DNA of 64,000 nt from NCBI RefSeq assembly GCF_009914755.1, contig NC_060927.1; one strand, written 5' to 3'. Under the pieces are notes generated by a model. It searched no databases and was not told where the DNA came from. It saw nothing but the letters and a program-made list of their open reading frames with translations. Each line of letters opens with the position of its first letter. Position 1 is the first letter of the stretch. The stretch is from the human T2T-CHM13v2.0 reference genome, Homo sapiens. Both the position numbers and the translations under genes were made by a program. Below, in pieces: positions 60,015 to 64,000 of this stretch.

Positions 60015-60225
60015 CTTGGCAGCATGGAGTTGTAGAAAGGACATTGAACTTGGAGTCAGAAGCCCTGGTCCTAATTGTAGTTCTGTTGTAAATCAAACTT
60101 GACCAAGTCACTTAAGCTTCCAGAACTTTGGTTCCTCCTCTGTAGCGTGGGTCATATTTGTTTGTCTTATGGAATAATGGTGAGATTGAATGGACAATGC
60201 AACAGGAGAAGCCTTTGTAAATAAA
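60015..60225 (+). mobile_element. MIR
   Basis: ggcagcatggagttgtagaaaggacattgaacttggagtcagaag. Confidence 0.7.
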
Positions 60226-60394
60226 AAAAAAATTTCCATGGAAAAGAAAATACACTGTCATTATTATAATTTGGGTGGGGCTGAAGTTTAGGATTTGACT
60301 TCCTCACATATAACCTGGTACATTTACTATTTGCCAATTAGTCATAATAGTAAGTAATTAAAAACAAACTTTCCATAAGGCTGTTACAGTTTTA

Positions 60395-60610
60395 AAGTTT
60401 CCTTCATACACAGTGTCTCATTTATTTCTTTACAACACCCTTTGAGTTAAGTATTTGTGCACACCTCATTTTTACAGAGGTGGAACCAAGGCTCAGAGTT
60501 AAGGCCTTAGCTATTTACAAGGCATGTTACTTGCCTTAAGTCACCTACCTTGTAAATAGCCAAGGCCTCGACTCAAATCATAGCTTCTAATTGCAAGTCC
60601 ATTGCTTTGT
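60395..60610 (-). mobile_element. MIR (contains the 60502-60568 hairpin)
   Basis: tacaacaccctttgag...cattttacagaggtggaaccaaggctcagag...acttgccttaagtcac. Confidence 0.7.
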
Positions 60611-60639
60611 TGATAACAACAATAGCAAGTAACACTTAA

Positions 60640-60835
60640 TATACTTTGAGCACTTACTATGAGCCAGACACTATTCTAAGTGCTTCACATGAATTTTCTC
60701 ATTTGCAATTCACAATAGTCCTACAAAGTAGTTAGGAATTTGAAGCATAAGATGGTTAATTATCTTACCTAAGATCACACAGCTTGTAAGTGGCATTTGA
60801 TCCAAGTTATATGGCTCTAGAGATTGGCCTTTTAA
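60640..60835 (-). mobile_element. MIR
   Basis: gagcacttactatgagccagacactattctaagtgctt...aagatcacacagcttgtaagtggc. Confidence 0.75.
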
Positions 60836-62212
60836 CTTCAATATCCCATCTCCTACTCATAAGTGGGTTCAGGTCACCCACTCAGCTGCTGAATTTGTTC
60901 TCATTGAATGCAAATACATCAAGGACAACTAAGTTTTCTAGATCATTGCCATGGCAACAAACCACCAATGGCTAGAAACTCTTCTATGTTTTGCGTAAGA
61001 TTCTTGATGCACAAACTCACCTTTGCTATCTTTGTGACTTTTTGCTAAGGTCAATATCGTACATCCTGGGTTTCCTACCCCTGGACCTAGATGCCCAAAC
61101 TCCAGGCCTTCTCATTTTCTGCACACTTGGATTGGCTGCTGCTGGTCCCTTGTGGGCCTGCCATTCATGTGGGGGTTGCCCTACTACCCCTCACTAGCTG
61201 TGGTATTGACATAATCATGTGACTTCAGTCTAAGACTGACATGATACCAGCAGGAGAAGAGAAAATAACAGGTGCAAGTGAGAAGAGCCTGGTCCTGCGT
61301 CTCACCAAGAGCTACTCATTCCTCAGGAGTCACGAGCCATGCATCCAAAACAATTAAAACTTTGCACATCAACAATGATTTCTTTCTTTTTTCCAATCTA
61401 GAATAGATCTTAATATTGGCTATTTTTTTTTATTACAGGCAAAAGAAACTGCTTTCTATCACTTCAGAATATACAGGAGCATCTCAATCCTAGTCTTTCT
61501 TTGTCTTATTTTTTTTTTTTTTGAGTTTGCATTATCTTTTTCAGACCTTAGCTTTGAAGTGTGTATGCAGCTTCCCCCATCACATGACCTCACCAGGGAG
61601 CAACTGGCCTGGGGAAGCTGGACTGGGAAGGGCTGAGTCAGCAAGGACCACAGTCACAGCAGGCACCCTTGAGGGGACTGGGGTGAGCAGGAAGCTGTGT
61701 GTGCTGAAATCAGCAGAAAGCATGATTTAAAATTAAATTGGTGCATATTTTTAAATGCATTTAAGCACCACTTTAAATGGTACAATAAAAAGCAACACCA
61801 ATCTTTCTCCATCACACGCTCCTCAGACTTCTTACTCCAAGGGGAAATCCATGCCCATTAAGGGCAGATGTTATGGAAGGAGAAAAGGAAGTAGACTAAT
61901 ATTTATAACTTGCCTAACTTTAAACATAACTTTTCTCTTTAGTTCTGAAAGTAACTCTCTAAAATATGCTCAGAGAAATTAACCCACCAAAGGTAAATCT
62001 CATCTCAGAGATGAGATTCAATTAGATCTAACCATAGAACTTTATGCACTTCGCCATGTGATCTTAGAGGCAGAGTTTGAGCTGAAAATGTGATGCTCTA
62101 ACAGTAAAATTTCAAGACAATTGTCAAGTAGGAAAGGACTTTTTGGGGACGTGAAAAATGAAGTGTTTAGATATTTCCAATTCTCCTAAAAATGAAATTA
62201 GGTAAGCCTGTA

Positions 62213-62416
62213 TTTAGTGATGGGCTTGTAAACCATCTTTCTGGAGAAAAACAAAAACAAAACCTCACAAGCCCTGATTTGTACCTTTTGCCAATTTCTG
62301 TGGTATAAATACTCCTATTATGGCCCATTTCAAGTTTTCAACAGGCTCACAACGTTGTTGAATATTTAATAATCAGTTCTCAAAAGCTGGGACAAGCCTG
62401 CTCCAGCACTCCACTG
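62213..62416 (+). mobile_element. MER63A-like hAT element
   Basis: aagccctgatttgta...ataaatactcc...atttcaag...gctccagcactccactg, the same family as the element at 13720. Confidence 0.7.
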
Positions 62417-62513
62417 CAGTCATTTTACTCCAACTATGTGTTAACTCATCATCTAGGTACTGTTCTCAGGTTTAAAATCTAGACAAAGCTTCCCAGCCTA
62501 TGGGGGGGTCAGT

Positions 62514-62932
62514 GTGCCCGGCACTGTGCTGTGCCACTCTGACTCCCCTTCAATGAAGGCTGTGTTGTCCTTGCTGCAGCAAGCGCTGTCAGTCCCTTTA
62601 GGGATTGCCAAGACTGCAGAGAAGCACCTCACCCAACGTCATGCACTTTCCAGAGTGACCCACATCAAAGAACAGAGCAATTTGGTGTTTTAGAGGCCTA
62701 GCCTTCTGAATCCAACTGAGAATGACTCTGAGGGCTCATTCTAGCTCCACAGCTTCCCAAGGAGGCAGCCACAATTGTTGGGCCTGCATCTCAGCTTCAT
62801 TTCTCTCTCTACCCACTCAGGCTTCCTTCCTCTTCTACTGAAAGGTGTCAATCTCAAGGGCACTTGATGAACGTCCTGCTCACTACACACTACCTGAGGG
62901 TCCACCACTTTTCTGGGAACCCATCATATGAC
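62514..62932 (+). mobile_element. ERVL solo LTR (LTR16-like)
   Basis: gactgcagagaagcacctcaccc...ctagctccacagcttccc...ctgggaaccca...tgaca. Confidence 0.6.
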
Positions 62933-63699
62933 AGTTAGAAAGAAAGATGAAGACCACTCGAATTTGCAGGACATTCTTGCTCCACACACCCCAACGTGGG
63001 GCAGAACTCGATAAATCAGAGCCCACTTAGTCCTGTGATCAGAAATGGATGTGAAGGGAGCAGCTGGGAGACTCCATAACTCCAGGCAAGCTTAAAAGGC
63101 AACAAGAGACAACCAGCTGAATGTGCAGCTTCGTTAGGTCCCCTCCCCTCCTGTGCCCAGCTGTCTGTGGAGCCTACCTCAGGCTGTATCTGTTACTAAA
63201 CAGGAGCTTCCTAATGACCTCAGGACAGAACAGGGAAATGCAGCTGGGTGGAACTTTAAATAACTACTCGCTGGAGACCAGCAATGATAAATGTGCACTC
63301 TTGCCACAGTTTAATATTTTAGAAGGAACAAAGCAATGGGGAAAAGAATTGAAAGATCCATTGTAAATATTATTTACTCAGACTTAAAGTACAATGGGAA
63401 ATCTCTTTTTTCCCTTCCACTCTCTCTCTGTTTTCTGTTCTTTGCTCAGGCTCCTTTTCTCTCCCTCTCTCCCTGCCTTGAATCTCTCTCTGCCTCCTTC
63501 CATCCCTACGCAATTATTTGGAGAGCAGACTTTTTAGCAGTTCAGTCCTCTGAGTAGTAAACAACCATCACAGAGCACACATAATTCACCCTGAGGAGAA
63601 ATCTGAGGTAGATGCTTGGTTACAAAATAGCCAGCAATTAAGACAGGACAGAGTAGCAGTAAAAAGGAGCTACTGACAAGCAGAGAATGATAGATACCT

Positions 63700-64000
63700 G
63701 CTTACATCATCCATTCATTTATCAAGATCCACAGAGAATTCACCATTTGCCAGGAATCATGGAATGAATGTGACCACTAAACAGACCTAGTCTCTGCCCT
63801 CCTGGAGCCCACAGTCTAGTGAGACTGTAGACAAGTGACATTGAGAAGACAGACATGAATCAAAACATTATAGAAGTAAATATTAACTTACAACTCAGCT
63901 AAAATGCAGTGGGGGAATGTCAGGTGGAGCTATGAGACTGCAGACCTATGAGACAAAAGACCTGGATACTGTAGTAGAGTAGCATGGGGACATTCAGAGT
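63700..64000 (-). mobile_element. L2 3' end
   Basis: catccattcattt...tagtctctgccctcctggagcccacagtctagt. Confidence 0.7.

Noticed and set aside
61996-62018. 11-bp-arm palindrome aatctcatctc-a-gagatgagatt
   Set aside because: It is borderline by chance and low in complexity, with no way to infer an ancestral state.

Overview
This is human genomic DNA; the AluYb8 insertion is human-specific. It lies inside the SLC9A9 (NHE9, endosomal Na+/H+ exchanger) gene, which is transcribed on the minus strand. Two short coding exons that the ORF track misses were found by reading splice signals: 37407-37484 ([26 protein letters not shown]) and 35582-35658 ([26 protein letters not shown]), probably exons 3 and 4. 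Everything else is intron. The dominant feature is a near full-length 8.5-kb HERV-H provirus (38026-46508), antisense to SLC9A9 and only ~540 bp from the exon acceptor. It has two LTR7-type LTRs, a tRNA-His primer-binding site (PBS), defective gag/pro/pol/env and a GAAAT target-site duplication (TSD). The window also holds a 5'-inverted L1PA, about 15 Alus, several MaLR/ERVL solo LTRs, hAT MITEs, and MIR/L2/L1M relics. I see no evidence for a new protein-coding system, and nearly all listed ORFs are repeat-derived or spurious. The most unusual signal is a set of locally templated insertions and fold-back inversions. These are a three-piece patchwork copied from neighbouring DNA into the middle of an Alu (47849-48154), a double hairpin inside an Alu TSD (29291-29342), and two long hairpins made inside an L2 (23693-23778) and a MIR (60502-60568). 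Subfamily calls for old repeats come from memory of consensus sequences and need RepeatMasker/Dfam confirmation.
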